Shown piece after piece: positions 19,501 to 28,577 of a stretch of 64,000 nt of DNA; position 1 is the first letter of the stretch, and every line of letters begins with the position of its first letter. Under the pieces are notes generated by a model. That model had not been told where the DNA came from. It was given only the letters and a program-made list of their open reading frames with translations, and did no database searches. The stretch is from Polyangiales bacterium. GTDB taxonomy: Bacteria; Myxococcota_A; Polyangia; Polyangiales; Polyangiaceae. A program made the translations under genes and the position numbers. Location: positions 37,675 through 101,674 of the forward strand of contig JBBRLQ010000029.1 of NCBI GenBank assembly GCA_038231275.1, written 5' to 3'.

Positions 19501-20117
19501 GCATCGCGCAGTGCGACGTCGTGCTCGGCCACGCCGATCACCGCGCCGGCGAGATGGACGCGGCGAGGCAGCGCGCGCTCACCGCCCGCTCGGCCTTCCG
19601 CGAGCTCGTGAACCCTCGCGGTGAGGCGGCGTGCGAGCGTCTCCTCGGCATGATCGCCATCGACACCGGCGACTACGCGGCCGGCGAGGCGCACGCCCAG
19701 ATCGCGCGCAAGCTCTACGAGCGCCTCCAAGACCCTTGGGGCGATGTCGAGGCGCGCCTCCTCATCGCCCAGGTCGCGCTCGCGCGGGACGACGACGGCG
19801 CGCGCGAGATCCTCTCGGAGTGCGATCGCATCCAGCTCGACGAGGCGGAGCCCCGCCAGCACCGCCACCTGACCCTCGCGTGGCTCGCCCAGAAGGACTC
19901 GCGCTGGGGCGACGCGGCGGGCGAGATCGAGAAGGCGCGCGTGGCGTTCGGCGACCGGGCCCGCTGCGGCGATCACACCCCGCAGCTCCTCCAGCGCTTC
20001 GCGCGCATGGTCTGGCTCGGCCCCGCGCTGCCGAAGATCGACGCGTGGCTGGGGGTCATCGAGGGGGTGAACCCCGACACCCCCATTTCTTCGCAGTGGC
20101 CGCTCAGCAAAAGGTGA
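16569..20117 (+). CDS. Hanks Ser/Thr kinase-STAND-type P-loop ATPase-TPR protein
   Basis: LGRGGMGIVY, VALK, HGDLKPSN, DLG, APE; Walker A GEAGVGKS, Walker B LIWFDDLH, GNPLF; C-terminal TPR-like repeats. Confidence 0.92.
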   Translation: MSQGDKPPESRKSMPPSEIGSLLANRYEVVRELGRGGMGIVYLCKDIVTGERVALKRLRTPEEGKGSQRAEESWWFHQEARAVASLDHPAIVRARDFGSLADGSPYLVMDALPGRSVHEWMHTTTIPWSVVWAMVDQVLAGLAHAHARGIIHGDLKPSNVMLDLASTGRGPRAYVLDLGLAWLRQSRHDPRLDGSPEPELATHSGAGTVGWVAPEQIRKAAPHVGPPTDMYALGCIVYRVLTGKEVFEGNAQEVLRAHKRTPVPPLKLADGVPPGVGPYVQKLLAKKPWQRFELAADARRAWGQLRPTHAPTLEETMASTPLPMPGVPMPASSSPAMGRAVAQARSLAPGLLSMRPSPTIARDSERRELMSVVDQINSGVGPPQRMIAVLGEAGVGKSHLAQWFCEQVHETGRMWPLRARYGRIPTPLDGVTGAVNNFFGLQGADRALVEQTFLNRWEVAKDDEDGLTWVAAIAEWLRPTPPGTVAPLGPTGKRFVLDTAELRQVVVRKILERIAHDRPVLIWFDDLHLASPNTFEMLASLRRDAPRLRILILATARSEALETDLDAALRMESTRADWNGRVLEMKPLSSEETEALLRATLPLHDDAVVGATAQSRGNPLFALQLLHAWAGGGYLTLDKGRYRVPDEALQGRAITTSELWDERLRAVPTDLRLAAYAAAALGEDIRGVVLKALCAALGLDARDAMVALTRAQILLASGNDQFRWAHALLQEHLLARVHERSDAPAVFRLAANALAKHPAVGSRRIMKHRVTNLLKAGDDDLAAQLMFRHIDGSWRRGRDTAATLRDLELLDGHVSGAAAAEYSYWRAEAMRHTGRLEEAKENAELARKAFEHNGDRTREAQALRLLGHLMSDVGQPAQGRVLVEKALGRFEEIGDEAGRAQTLVVLGEIDYLLGEHSRARQVLNDARARCTIVGDALGRAQTQILLAMIETAVGGYQRARSLLMEGRAEFDSIGYRLGIAQCDVVLGHADHRAGEMDAARQRALTARSAFRELVNPRGEAACERLLGMIAIDTGDYAAGEAHAQIARKLYERLQDPWGDVEARLLIAQVALARDDDGAREILSECDRIQLDEAEPRQHRHLTLAWLAQKDSRWGDAAGEIEKARVAFGDRARCGDHTPQLLQRFARMVWLGPALPKIDAWLGVIEGVNPDTPISSQWPLSKR

Positions 20118-20134
20118 GGTAAATCCTCGCCCCC

Positions 20135-20320
20135 ATGACTACCCCGCAGGATTCGCCGAGGCGCAAGAAGCAGAAGATCCGTCGTGCCAACCAGCTCGCC
20201 AAGTGGCGCGAGAAGCAGGCGGTGTCGGGCAAGACGTCAGCGCCGAAGAAGGCCGCCACCGAGAAGAAGACCGAGAAGAAGACCGAGAAGAAGACCGAGA
20301 AGAAGGCCGCGAAGAAGTGA
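20135..20320 (+). CDS. Small basic Lys-rich protein (61 aa)
   Basis: ORF track; GTGA overlap with downstream thioesterase; (TEKK)4 repeat. Confidence 0.65.
   Translation: MTTPQDSPRRKKQKIRRANQLAKWREKQAVSGKTSAPKKAATEKKTEKKTEKKTEKKAAKK
20258..20305 (+). repeat. 12-nt tandem repeat ACCGAGAAGAAG x4 (TEKK)
   Basis: Seen directly in sequence. Confidence 0.9.
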
Positions 20321-20826
20321 GCGGAGAGCTGCAGCGCCCGGAGCGCGTGCAGAGCCTCCAGGAGCGCTACTCGCCGAAGGGGGAGTGCTTCGGGTGCGGG
20401 CCGGCGAACGTCAAGGGCCTCCGCATCCGCAGCCTCCCGCCCGCGAGCCCGGCCGAGGACGGATCTGGCGAGGTGACGTGCGAGTGGAAGGCCGAGCCCC
20501 ACCACCTCGCGTTTCCCGGGATGCTGAACGGCGGGATCTGCGGCGCGCTGCTCGACTGCCACTCGAACTGGACCGCCGCGTACCACCTGATGAAGCGCGC
20601 GGGGCTCGAGGCACCTCCGTGCACCGTGACGTCGGAGTTCGCGGTGAAGCTGAAGCGCCCAACGCCCATCGATGCGACGCTGCACCTGGCCGCGCACGTC
20701 GTGACGCTCGAGGGAGACCGCGCGACGGTGGAGGCGACGCTCACCGCGAACGGGAAGATCACCGCCACGTGCCGCGGGATCTTCGTCGCGGTCAAGGAAG
20801 GCCACCCGGCGTTCCACCGCTGGTAG
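20317..20826 (+). CDS. PaaI/hotdog-fold thioesterase
   Basis: CFGCGPANVKGL, GMLNGGICGALLDCHSNW, VKLKRPTP. Confidence 0.9.
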   Translation: MSGELQRPERVQSLQERYSPKGECFGCGPANVKGLRIRSLPPASPAEDGSGEVTCEWKAEPHHLAFPGMLNGGICGALLDCHSNWTAAYHLMKRAGLEAPPCTVTSEFAVKLKRPTPIDATLHLAAHVVTLEGDRATVEATLTANGKITATCRGIFVAVKEGHPAFHRW

Positions 20827-20851
20827 ATGCCGGATCTGCTACCGTCGATAG

Positions 20852-21826
20852 GTGGCGAGGAGCAGGCGTTTCTGGCTCGTATCGGCCGCGGTCGCCCTGT
20901 CCGTGGGGGACCTCGGCATGGTGGCGTGCTCTGGCGATTTACCGACGGCGACTCCCGTCGACGCGGCAGCCGACGCGCCTCCGCCCGACGACGCGGCAGC
21001 TCTCGACGCGGCGGACGAAGGCCGAGGACCAGGCGTCGACGCCGGCACGCTCGGAGCCGCATGCCGCGCGGACGCGGACTGCGCCGCGGGCCTCTCCTGC
21101 TGGTCCGCCGCGACCCAGGGCACATTCTGGCCGCAGCACTTCCCCGCGCTCGGAATGTGCACGGCGCACTGCTCGACCGATTCGGCCTGCAAGGCGCTTT
21201 CTCCGAGCGCAAAGTGCGATCCTTCGAGCCACGCGTGCTTCGAGGGCTGCACGTTCGGCGGCGCGTTGGGCACGTTCGACCCCGCCAAGTGTCACGGGCG
21301 CGCCGAGCTCGCGTGCAACCTCGGCAATCCTGCGCTTTGCGCGCCGAGCTGCAACGCAGACGAGGATTGCCCGAAGGGCGCCGGCTGCGAGGGGCTCCAG
21401 GGGACGTGCGGCGTGAACGTGGGGCCTAGCAACTTCGCGGCTGTCATCGGTCACAACGCCGACGCTGCCGCCGGCTGCGGCAGCGGCTTTGCGCTCAACG
21501 TGTTTCGGCCCGACGCGGGCCGCTTCATCTACTGCACGGCGGTGTGCACGGTCGGCGCGCCGCGCTCGTGCGGGTGGGATGGCAAGACGCTCCCCGCGCC
21601 GACGATGTGCGTTCCGGTGCCCGGGCACCCGGAGACGAGCGCCGGCGACCTCGGCGAGTGCGCGCGATTGTGCGAGTGTGACGCCGATTGCGACGGGCTC
21701 CTGTCGTGCGTCCCGCTCGATCCCGCGCTCGCCGCCAAGGCGGGGCACCGCGGGGCGTGCGCGGATGCCATCAAATTCCCCGATGCCGGGACCCTGGCGT
21801 GCGCGACCGACGCGGGCCCCGGCTGA
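20852..21826 (+). CDS. Cys-rich lipoprotein
   Basis: Signal ending MVAC, DAG-rich linker, numerous CxxDxDC repeats. Confidence 0.8.
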   Translation: MARSRRFWLVSAAVALSVGDLGMVACSGDLPTATPVDAAADAPPPDDAAALDAADEGRGPGVDAGTLGAACRADADCAAGLSCWSAATQGTFWPQHFPALGMCTAHCSTDSACKALSPSAKCDPSSHACFEGCTFGGALGTFDPAKCHGRAELACNLGNPALCAPSCNADEDCPKGAGCEGLQGTCGVNVGPSNFAAVIGHNADAAAGCGSGFALNVFRPDAGRFIYCTAVCTVGAPRSCGWDGKTLPAPTMCVPVPGHPETSAGDLGECARLCECDADCDGLLSCVPLDPALAAKAGHRGACADAIKFPDAGTLACATDAGPG

Positions 21827-21860
21827 GTGAAGCGAAGCGCAGCGGAGCGAAACGCTCCTG
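21823..21860 (+). repeat. REP-like element, partial copy 1
   Basis: CTGAGTGAAGCGAAGCGCAGCGGAGCGAAACGCTCCTG, includes TGA stop of 20852-21826. Confidence 0.85.
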
Positions 21861-21869
21861 CCTCGAGAA

Positions 21870-22727
21870 TCAGGACACCTTGACGTCGACCATCGCGCGG
21901 CTGACCTCGTCGAGCGACTCGTTGGTGCTCTCGACGTTCTTGAGCGCGGCGTCGTCGAGGCCGAGCTCGGCGGCGCGCACGGTGTCGACCGCGGTGTAGG
22001 CGCGCGAGAGCGCGGTGACGTGATCTCCGATCTTGGCGTCGACCATCTTGACGACGGCCTCGGCGGGCGACGGACCGCCCAGGAGCCGGACGGTGCGCGT
22101 GCGCTCGAGGCGAACGCGCGCCTCGGCGAGCCGGAGGAGCGCCTGCCAGGTCTTCTGCACGTGCTTCACCGACTCGCGATCGAGCGGGATGTCGCGCACG
22201 TTGCGTCGGAGCTCGGCGCCGTCGGCGAGCGCGCTCTTCGCGGGGTCGGGGAGGAGCGCGGCGGTGCCTGCGAGGGCGTGGGCGATCGGATCGTCCGCGT
22301 CGACGAGGAGGGGCAGCGCGACGAGGACGCCGGCGACCACGACCGCCACGAGGCGAACAGCGAGGGGAGCGAAGAGGTACGCGCTCGAGAGGCTCGCCGC
22401 CATCGCGCCTCCAAGGACCGCGGCTCCGACATGAATCAAACGAGCCGGCGCCGTGCGGACGCGCACGGTTCGTTCGGCAAACGCGAGGCCGACGAGGACG
22501 GCGCCGCCGACCATCGGCGACACGCTCCCGAGGACGGTCCCCGCGAAGGCGCCCGCCGCGCCGCCCGCGAGCGCGAGCGAGTGAAGCCCGCCGCTCGCCG
22601 CAACGGCGAGGAGCAGCGCGAGGGCGAGGAGGGCGAGCGAGCCGCCGACATGCCCGAGGCTGCCGATGTAGGGAGCGGCGCCGAACGCGCACGCCGCGGC
22701 GATGAGGACAGAGAGCTTGCGCATCAT
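21870..22727 (-). CDS. Membrane protein with C-terminal helical/coiled-coil domain
   Basis: Several hydrophobic helices followed by a charged helical tail; co-oriented with and 7 nt from the vWA gene. Confidence 0.75.
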   Translation of the reverse strand: MMRKLSVLIAAACAFGAAPYIGSLGHVGGSLALLALALLLAVAASGGLHSLALAGGAAGAFAGTVLGSVSPMVGGAVLVGLAFAERTVRVRTAPARLIHVGAAVLGGAMAASLSSAYLFAPLAVRLVAVVVAGVLVALPLLVDADDPIAHALAGTAALLPDPAKSALADGAELRRNVRDIPLDRESVKHVQKTWQALLRLAEARVRLERTRTVRLLGGPSPAEAVVKMVDAKIGDHVTALSRAYTAVDTVRAAELGLDDAALKNVESTNESLDEVSRAMVDVKVS

Positions 22728-22734
22728 GATCCCC

Positions 22735-24171
22735 TCACCACGCCACGCGGCCGAGGTTGTTGTTGTCTTCGGCGACGGCCTTCTTCGCGGCGATGTTTCC
22801 GGCCTGCGTCCCCGGCTTGGCCATCATCGGCCGCCGCGACTTGTACTCGGCGGATTGCTTGAAGATCGATGTCGCCATGGCCGGCGGCGCGACGGCAGCG
22901 GCGCGATCGAGATCCTTCTCGCTCTTGTCCATGAGCGTTTGCGCGCGGAGGGCGTCTCCCTTCGCGTAGGCCTCGGCGGCCTCGAGCTGGAGCTGCGACG
23001 CCTGCACGCTGGTGGCGCTGGCGAGGACGCGCCCGTCGCGCGCGCCGTTGACGTCGGCGAGATCGGTCACGCCCGCGAGCGCGAGATCCCCGAACCCGGC
23101 CTCGACCGGCGCGCCGCCGATGCGCGACCACGCCGCGTTGCCGCGAATGCGCTGCACGTCGGAGACCCCGATCGAAGCGTCGAGCTCGACGATGGCGCGG
23201 CGCTCGTCGCCGGCGAACATCGAGCCCATCCGAAGCGTGACGGTGTTGCCTGACGTCGACTGCACGTCGGCGCCGCTGGCGCGGACGAAGTGCACGCCCG
23301 GCGGGAGATCGAGGCGCACCGTGGCATTCTCGATCGTCGTCGTCGCCGTCTCCACGAGCTCACGCTTCAGGAAGCCTGCCAGCGCCGACGCGTCCTTGAC
23401 GAACGCGAAGTTTCCGTGACCCGAGCGGGCGACGCCGCCCATGTACCCCTCGTCGAAATCGAGGCCGATGCCCATCGACGACACGGTGATGCCGCGCTCG
23501 AAGGCGCCAGACGCCAGGCCCTCGGCCGCTTGCCGCGTGGAGTCGAGGCCGTCGCTGGCGAGCACGACGCGTCGAACGCGCGCGCGCGACGCCATGTCGA
23601 GCTGCGTGAGCGCCGCGGAGAGCCCGCGGGGGATCGCGGTGCCGCCCCCGGCGTGGATGCTCCGGATCTCGGAGATCAGCGTCTCGCGCACGGCGCCGAC
23701 GCGGGCGAGCGATTGAACGACCTCGGCCTCGTCGGCGTAGCGAATGAACGCGACCTCGTCGTCGTCGCGCATGTCGCGGACGAGGCGGACGGCGGCGTCT
23801 TTCGCCTCTTGGATCTTGTCGCCCTCCATCGAGCCCGACGTGTCGAGCACGATGGCCAGCGACAATGGCGCGCGCTCCACGCCCTGCGCGGCCGCGTCGG
23901 CAACGACACGGACCTCCGCGAACACCTGCGTGGGCGTCCCGCCGAGCACCTTGGCGTGGCTGAGGGCGACTTGACCATGCGCGCCAGGGCCAGCGAATTG
24001 CGCGAGGTTGTTCCCTTGGCCGAGCGGCACAGTGTGCACCACGAACGGTTGGCCGGGCGCCGCGCCCGCCGGAGCCCGGAAGAGAATGAGGCCGCCGGCG
24101 GCGAGGACGATGGCGCTCGCGGCGAGACCGCGGCGAATGCGGGGCGTGCGCAGCCAGGTGACGATGGACAT
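22735..24171 (-). CDS. vWA domain protein (YfbK-like), membrane anchored
   Basis: RAPLSLAIVLDTSGSM (intact MIDAS), GGGTAI, VVLASDG, GIGLDFDE; AGGAG RBS. Confidence 0.9.
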   Translation of the reverse strand: MSIVTWLRTPRIRRGLAASAIVLAAGGLILFRAPAGAAPGQPFVVHTVPLGQGNNLAQFAGPGAHGQVALSHAKVLGGTPTQVFAEVRVVADAAAQGVERAPLSLAIVLDTSGSMEGDKIQEAKDAAVRLVRDMRDDDEVAFIRYADEAEVVQSLARVGAVRETLISEIRSIHAGGGTAIPRGLSAALTQLDMASRARVRRVVLASDGLDSTRQAAEGLASGAFERGITVSSMGIGLDFDEGYMGGVARSGHGNFAFVKDASALAGFLKRELVETATTTIENATVRLDLPPGVHFVRASGADVQSTSGNTVTLRMGSMFAGDERRAIVELDASIGVSDVQRIRGNAAWSRIGGAPVEAGFGDLALAGVTDLADVNGARDGRVLASATSVQASQLQLEAAEAYAKGDALRAQTLMDKSEKDLDRAAAVAPPAMATSIFKQSAEYKSRRPMMAKPGTQAGNIAAKKAVAEDNNNLGRVAW

Positions 24172-24405
24172 GGAGGTCTCCTGTCGCCGGGGCAAAATGA
24201 GCGCCGGCGGTGAACGTTGGCGGGCGAAAGGCGCCGCTCCCCCGTCTCTACGCAGCAAAAGGACGAACGATCTGAATAACCGCCCCGGCGCGTGTACAGG
24301 GCCTCCGCGCACCGTGGCGCACCTTGGGCGAGAAACGTTTTCCCGCGACGCCGAGTTGAGAAGACTCCAGCGGGCTCCCGCGGTACCTTTATGCATCCGC
24401 GCGTG

Positions 24406-25101
24406 ATGCCCCGACCGTCACCTTTCCCGCCGCTCGAGCTCGACCTCGACGACATGTCGCCGTCCGGGCTTCGTCCGTCGCCTACCGTCGATGCCTCCGC
24501 CAAGGCGCCGGCCGACAAGCGGAATACCGCTCCGCCGGAGTTCGACCTCGAGACGTTCGCGAAGGAGGTCATGGCCGAGGGACTCGACGCGCCTGGCCAC
24601 CCCGGCGACCAGCCCGGCCTGCCGGATCCCCCGGAGAGCGAGGTCCGCGCGGTGAGCGACACCGCGAAGACCGGCCCGCCGCCCGCGACGTCGCTCTATC
24701 CCGAGAAGAGCGACAGCCAGCGGACCGCCCCCTCCATCCACGCCGAGCTCGACGACCTGCTCGCGAGCCGCGATCACCGCGCCGCGATCGTCGTCGCCGA
24801 GCAGATCCTCGCCGACGATCCCGACGACATCCGCGCCAAGGCCGGCGTTCAGCGCTGCCACGCCGCGCTCGAGGAGATGTACGTGCTACGCCTTGGCTCG
24901 CTCGAGGGCGTCCCGCGCGTCGCGATCACGCGCGAGGAGATCACCGGCCTCGCCCTCGACCACCGCTCCGGCTTTGTCTTCGCGCTCATCGACGGCATCT
25001 GCACCCTCGAGATGATCCTCGACATGGCGAGCATGCCGCGCCTCGACGCGCTCCGGGTCTTGCTCGAGCTCGTCCAGCAGGGCACCGTCGCCCTCGACTG
25101 A
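24406..25101 (+). CDS. Hypothetical protein with acidic disordered N-terminus and C-terminal winged-helix-like domain
   Basis: LDHRSGFVFALIDGICTLEMILDMASMPRLDALRVLLELVQQG. Confidence 0.75.
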   Translation: MPRPSPFPPLELDLDDMSPSGLRPSPTVDASAKAPADKRNTAPPEFDLETFAKEVMAEGLDAPGHPGDQPGLPDPPESEVRAVSDTAKTGPPPATSLYPEKSDSQRTAPSIHAELDDLLASRDHRAAIVVAEQILADDPDDIRAKAGVQRCHAALEEMYVLRLGSLEGVPRVAITREEITGLALDHRSGFVFALIDGICTLEMILDMASMPRLDALRVLLELVQQGTVALD

Positions 25102-25126
25102 TCGATCGGCGCGGTCGAAACGAGCC

Positions 25127-26113
25127 TCACGGATCCTTGGCCGGCGTCCGATCGTGATCGGTCACCGGGTTCTCGCGCTGCGCCGGCAACGTGTCCTTCA
25201 CGGGCTTCGCCGGCGGGCTCCCGGTACCCGGGCGCGGCGAGATGAGCACGCTGGCCGACGGCGCGGCGATGATGAGGTTCCCGTTCGCCCCCGCCTGCCG
25301 GTAGATCTCCGGCAGCTTCGTCTGCATGTCGTACTGGAGGTATTCGGGGTTCTTCTTGAGCGCCGCGCCGATCTTGTCGATGCGCGCCGCCACCACTTCG
25401 CCTTCCTTCTCGGCCAGGTCGCGCTTCATGGTCGCCGTCTGGATCTCCGCCGTCACGCGCTCGCGCTCGGCGATCGCTTTGTCCTTGAGCACCGCCTGCA
25501 CCGCCCGGTCCACGTTCGCCGCGTCCATCGCGTCGGGGAAGTCGAGGTTCGACAGGTTCACCTCGTACACCTTGATGATGTGCTTCTCGCGCGCGTTCAT
25601 GATCTCCTGGAACTCCTTGCGGATGCCGTTCAGGACCTCTTCGCGCTTCTCGTTCAAGTCGTTCGCGCGGTACGGCGAGACCACCTGGCGCACCGCCTCG
25701 CCCACCGCGGGACGGACGAGCCCGTTGTAGAGCCGCTCCGCGCTGATCGTGTTGCCCTTGTCGGGCGTGCCGCTGGCGAGAAGCTGCTCGACCGTCTTGT
25801 CGTCGCAGTCGGCCGAGAATCGCACGTAGATGTCGAGGCCGAACTGAACGCCGTCCTTCGTGAGCGCCGTCAGCGGCTCGCGCACCGTCAGCACCGAGCA
25901 GTCGACCATGAAGATCTCGTTGTAGGTCCCCGTGAAATAGGTGCCTGGTCCGAGCACGGGGCCGGTGAAGCCCTTGTCGCCCATGTAGAGGGCGAGCGCG
26001 CCGGTGCGGCTGAACATCCTCCCCTTGTGGGCCTGCGGCACGTCCATGCTGGCGCAGCCGAGGAAGGACGCGGAGAAACAGACCATCGAAAAGGCGAGGA
26101 TGGGGGTACGCAT
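25127..26113 (-). CDS. SPFH/Band 7 (prohibitin-like) lipoprotein
   Basis: FLGC lipobox; LGPGTY, ALTKDGVQFGLDIYVRF, LKKNPEYLQY. Confidence 0.85.
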   Translation of the reverse strand: MRTPILAFSMVCFSASFLGCASMDVPQAHKGRMFSRTGALALYMGDKGFTGPVLGPGTYFTGTYNEIFMVDCSVLTVREPLTALTKDGVQFGLDIYVRFSADCDDKTVEQLLASGTPDKGNTISAERLYNGLVRPAVGEAVRQVVSPYRANDLNEKREEVLNGIRKEFQEIMNAREKHIIKVYEVNLSNLDFPDAMDAANVDRAVQAVLKDKAIAERERVTAEIQTATMKRDLAEKEGEVVAARIDKIGAALKKNPEYLQYDMQTKLPEIYRQAGANGNLIIAAPSASVLISPRPGTGSPPAKPVKDTLPAQRENPVTDHDRTPAKDP

Positions 26114-26125
26114 GGGCTCCGCCCT

Positions 26126-26141
26126 AGCACTCGCCGTGCCG
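26126..26141 (-). promoter_or_regulatory. sigma54-like -24/-12 promoter of SPFH gene
   Basis: CGGCACGGCGAGTGCT (GG-N10-GC), 13 nt from ATG. Confidence 0.6.
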
Positions 26142-26202
26142 ACCGAAAATGCTAAGGTGCTCGCGTTTCGAAAGCAGACCAGAGGCTCGGGAGGCCATCT
26201 CA

Positions 26203-27375
26203 ATGGGCGACGCGATGTGGGCGCTTACGTACGACCGAAAGATGGACCCCTGGGGCAAGACCACCGGCCTCCGGAAGACCGAAGTGGAGAAGCCGGTCCT
26301 CGACGAGTCGCGCGACTACAAGGATAGCCAGAAGGTCCTCATCAAGACCCAGTTCGCGGGCTTCTGCGGCTCCGATCGCGGCATCTGGTTCCGCCGCGCG
26401 TTCGGCGAGATGATCGACAAGAGCCTCACGCGCGATCACAAGGATCGCCGCATCTGCGGGCACGAGATCTTCGGACAGATCGTGAGCGTCGGCTCGATGG
26501 CGGCGCGAGAGCACGGCTACCAACCGGGCGACATCGTCACGACCGAGAGCCACATCGTCTGTGGCAGCTGCTACCAGTGCCGCACCGGCGACAACCACGT
26601 CTGCGCCGACGACCTCATCATCGGCATCTCGACCGACGGCTGCTTCGCGGAATACGCCAAGCTCCCTGCGCACTCGCTGTGGCGCACCGACACGCGGCGC
26701 ATTCGCCCGGAGGTCGGCGCGCTCCAAGAGCCGTTCGGCAACGCCGTCCACGCATGCACGAAGGTGAACCTGCGCGGCAAGCGCGTCGCGATCCTCGGCT
26801 GCGGCACCATCGGCCTCTTCGCGGTCGCCGTCGCAAAGGCCCTCGGCGCCCGCAGCGTGATCGGCGTCGAGCCGATGCCGAACCACATCGAGATGGCCAA
26901 GGAGCTCGGCGCCGACCACGTCATCGCGCCGCGCAACATGGAGAACCAGACCTACGAGCACGATCCCGAGCTCGCGCGACAGGTCCGCGATCTCACCGAC
27001 GGCGTCGGCGTCGACGTGGCGCTCGAGATGAGCGGTCAGCCGTCCTCGGTCAACAACGCCATCGCCTGCGTGCGACGCGGCGGCGACGTCATCCTGTTCG
27101 GTCTGAAGAGCGGCGACCAGGTCATCGAGGATTTCGATCGCGTCATCGTCGACGGCATCTCGCTCCACTCCGTCGTCGGCCGCCGCATCTTCGAGACGTG
27201 GCACATCACGCGAAACCTCCTCGAGAGCCGCGATCCGAACATCCACGACAAGATCTGGGACGTCATCCTGAACAAGGGGCAGGGGACGATCACGCCGCTC
27301 ATGGAATTCGAGGCGCCGAAATTCGAGGAGATGATCAAGACGCACCCCAAGGTGGTGCTGAAGTTCCCGGAGTGA
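26203..27375 (+). CDS. tdh: L-threonine 3-dehydrogenase (Zn-dependent)
   Basis: [39 protein letters not shown]; adjacent to kbl. Confidence 0.85.
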   Translation: MGDAMWALTYDRKMDPWGKTTGLRKTEVEKPVLDESRDYKDSQKVLIKTQFAGFCGSDRGIWFRRAFGEMIDKSLTRDHKDRRICGHEIFGQIVSVGSMAAREHGYQPGDIVTTESHIVCGSCYQCRTGDNHVCADDLIIGISTDGCFAEYAKLPAHSLWRTDTRRIRPEVGALQEPFGNAVHACTKVNLRGKRVAILGCGTIGLFAVAVAKALGARSVIGVEPMPNHIEMAKELGADHVIAPRNMENQTYEHDPELARQVRDLTDGVGVDVALEMSGQPSSVNNAIACVRRGGDVILFGLKSGDQVIEDFDRVIVDGISLHSVVGRRIFETWHITRNLLESRDPNIHDKIWDVILNKGQGTITPLMEFEAPKFEEMIKTHPKVVLKFPE

Positions 27376-27382
27376 CCGCCCC

Positions 27383-28573
27383 ATGTACGCGAAGGCACAA
27401 TCCATCTACGCGAAGGCCCTCCAGGAGATCCGCGACGCGGGCCTCGAGAAGAAGGAGCGGCGGATCCAGACGCCGCAGGGCGCGGAGATCGGCGTCAAGG
27501 AGAGCGATCGGCCGGTCCTCAACTTCTGCGCGAACAACTACCTCGGCCTCTCGTCGCACCCCGCCGTCGTGAAGGCGGCGAAGGACGCGATCGATCGCTG
27601 GGGCTTCGGCCTCTCGAGCGTGCGCTTCATCTGCGGCACGCAAGAGGCCCACAAGACGCTCGAGGCGAAGGTCGCCGCGTTCCTCGGCACCGAGGACACC
27701 ATCCTCTACTCGTCGTGCTTCGACGCGAACGGCGGCCTCTTCGAGACGCTGCTCGGCGAGGAGGACGCGATCATCTCCGACGCGCTCAACCACGCGTCGA
27801 TCATCGACGGCATCCGCCTCTGCAAAGCCGAGCGCCTCCGCTACGCGAACGGCGATCTCACAGAGCTCGAGAAGCACCTCCAGGCGACGCAGGGAAAGCG
27901 CCTGCGCATGATCGCGACCGACGGCGTGTTCTCGATGGACGGCTTCATCGCGAAGCTCGACGGAATCTGCGATCTGGCCGAGAAATACGACGCAATGGTC
28001 ATGGTCGACGACAGCCACGCGACCGGCTTCGTCGGCAAGACCGGGCGCGGCTCGATCGAGCACTGCGGCGTGATGGGGCGGGTCGACGTCATCACCTCGA
28101 CCCTCGGCAAGGCCCTCGGCGGCGCGGCCGGCGGCTTCACGACCGGGAAGAAGGAGATCGTCGAGCTGCTGCGCCAGCGATCACGGCCCTACCTCTTCTC
28201 CAACACGCTCGCGCCGTCGATCGTCGGCGCGTCGATCGCGGTGCTCGAGCTGCTCTCGTCGACCACGGAGCTCCGTGATCGCGTCGACGCCAACGCGAAG
28301 TCCTTTCGCGCGAAGATGACGGCGGCCGGATTCCAGATCAGAGAGGGCATCCACCCCATCGTCCCCATCATGCTCGGCGACGCACGCCTCGCGCAGGATC
28401 TCGCCGCCGCGATGCTCGAGGAGGGGATCTACGTCATCGGGTTCTCGTTCCCCGTCGTGCCGAAGGGGCAAGCGCGAATCCGCGTGCAGCTCTCCGCAGC
28501 CCACACGCCGGCGCAGGTGGACCGGGCCGTCGAAGCGTTCACGCGCGCGGGCAAAAAGCTCGGGGTCATCTGA
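27383..28573 (+). CDS. kbl: Glycine C-acetyltransferase (2-amino-3-ketobutyrate CoA ligase)
   Basis: [50 protein letters not shown]. Confidence 0.96.
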   Translation: MYAKAQSIYAKALQEIRDAGLEKKERRIQTPQGAEIGVKESDRPVLNFCANNYLGLSSHPAVVKAAKDAIDRWGFGLSSVRFICGTQEAHKTLEAKVAAFLGTEDTILYSSCFDANGGLFETLLGEEDAIISDALNHASIIDGIRLCKAERLRYANGDLTELEKHLQATQGKRLRMIATDGVFSMDGFIAKLDGICDLAEKYDAMVMVDDSHATGFVGKTGRGSIEHCGVMGRVDVITSTLGKALGGAAGGFTTGKKEIVELLRQRSRPYLFSNTLAPSIVGASIAVLELLSSTTELRDRVDANAKSFRAKMTAAGFQIREGIHPIVPIMLGDARLAQDLAAAMLEEGIYVIGFSFPVVPKGQARIRVQLSAAHTPAQVDRAVEAFTRAGKKLGVI

Positions 28574-28577
28574 CCCG

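Noticed and set aside
27383..28573. Serine palmitoyltransferase (given the FA2H-like gene in the window)
   Set aside because: SVRFICGT and [11 protein letters not shown] motifs plus adjacency to tdh indicate Kbl
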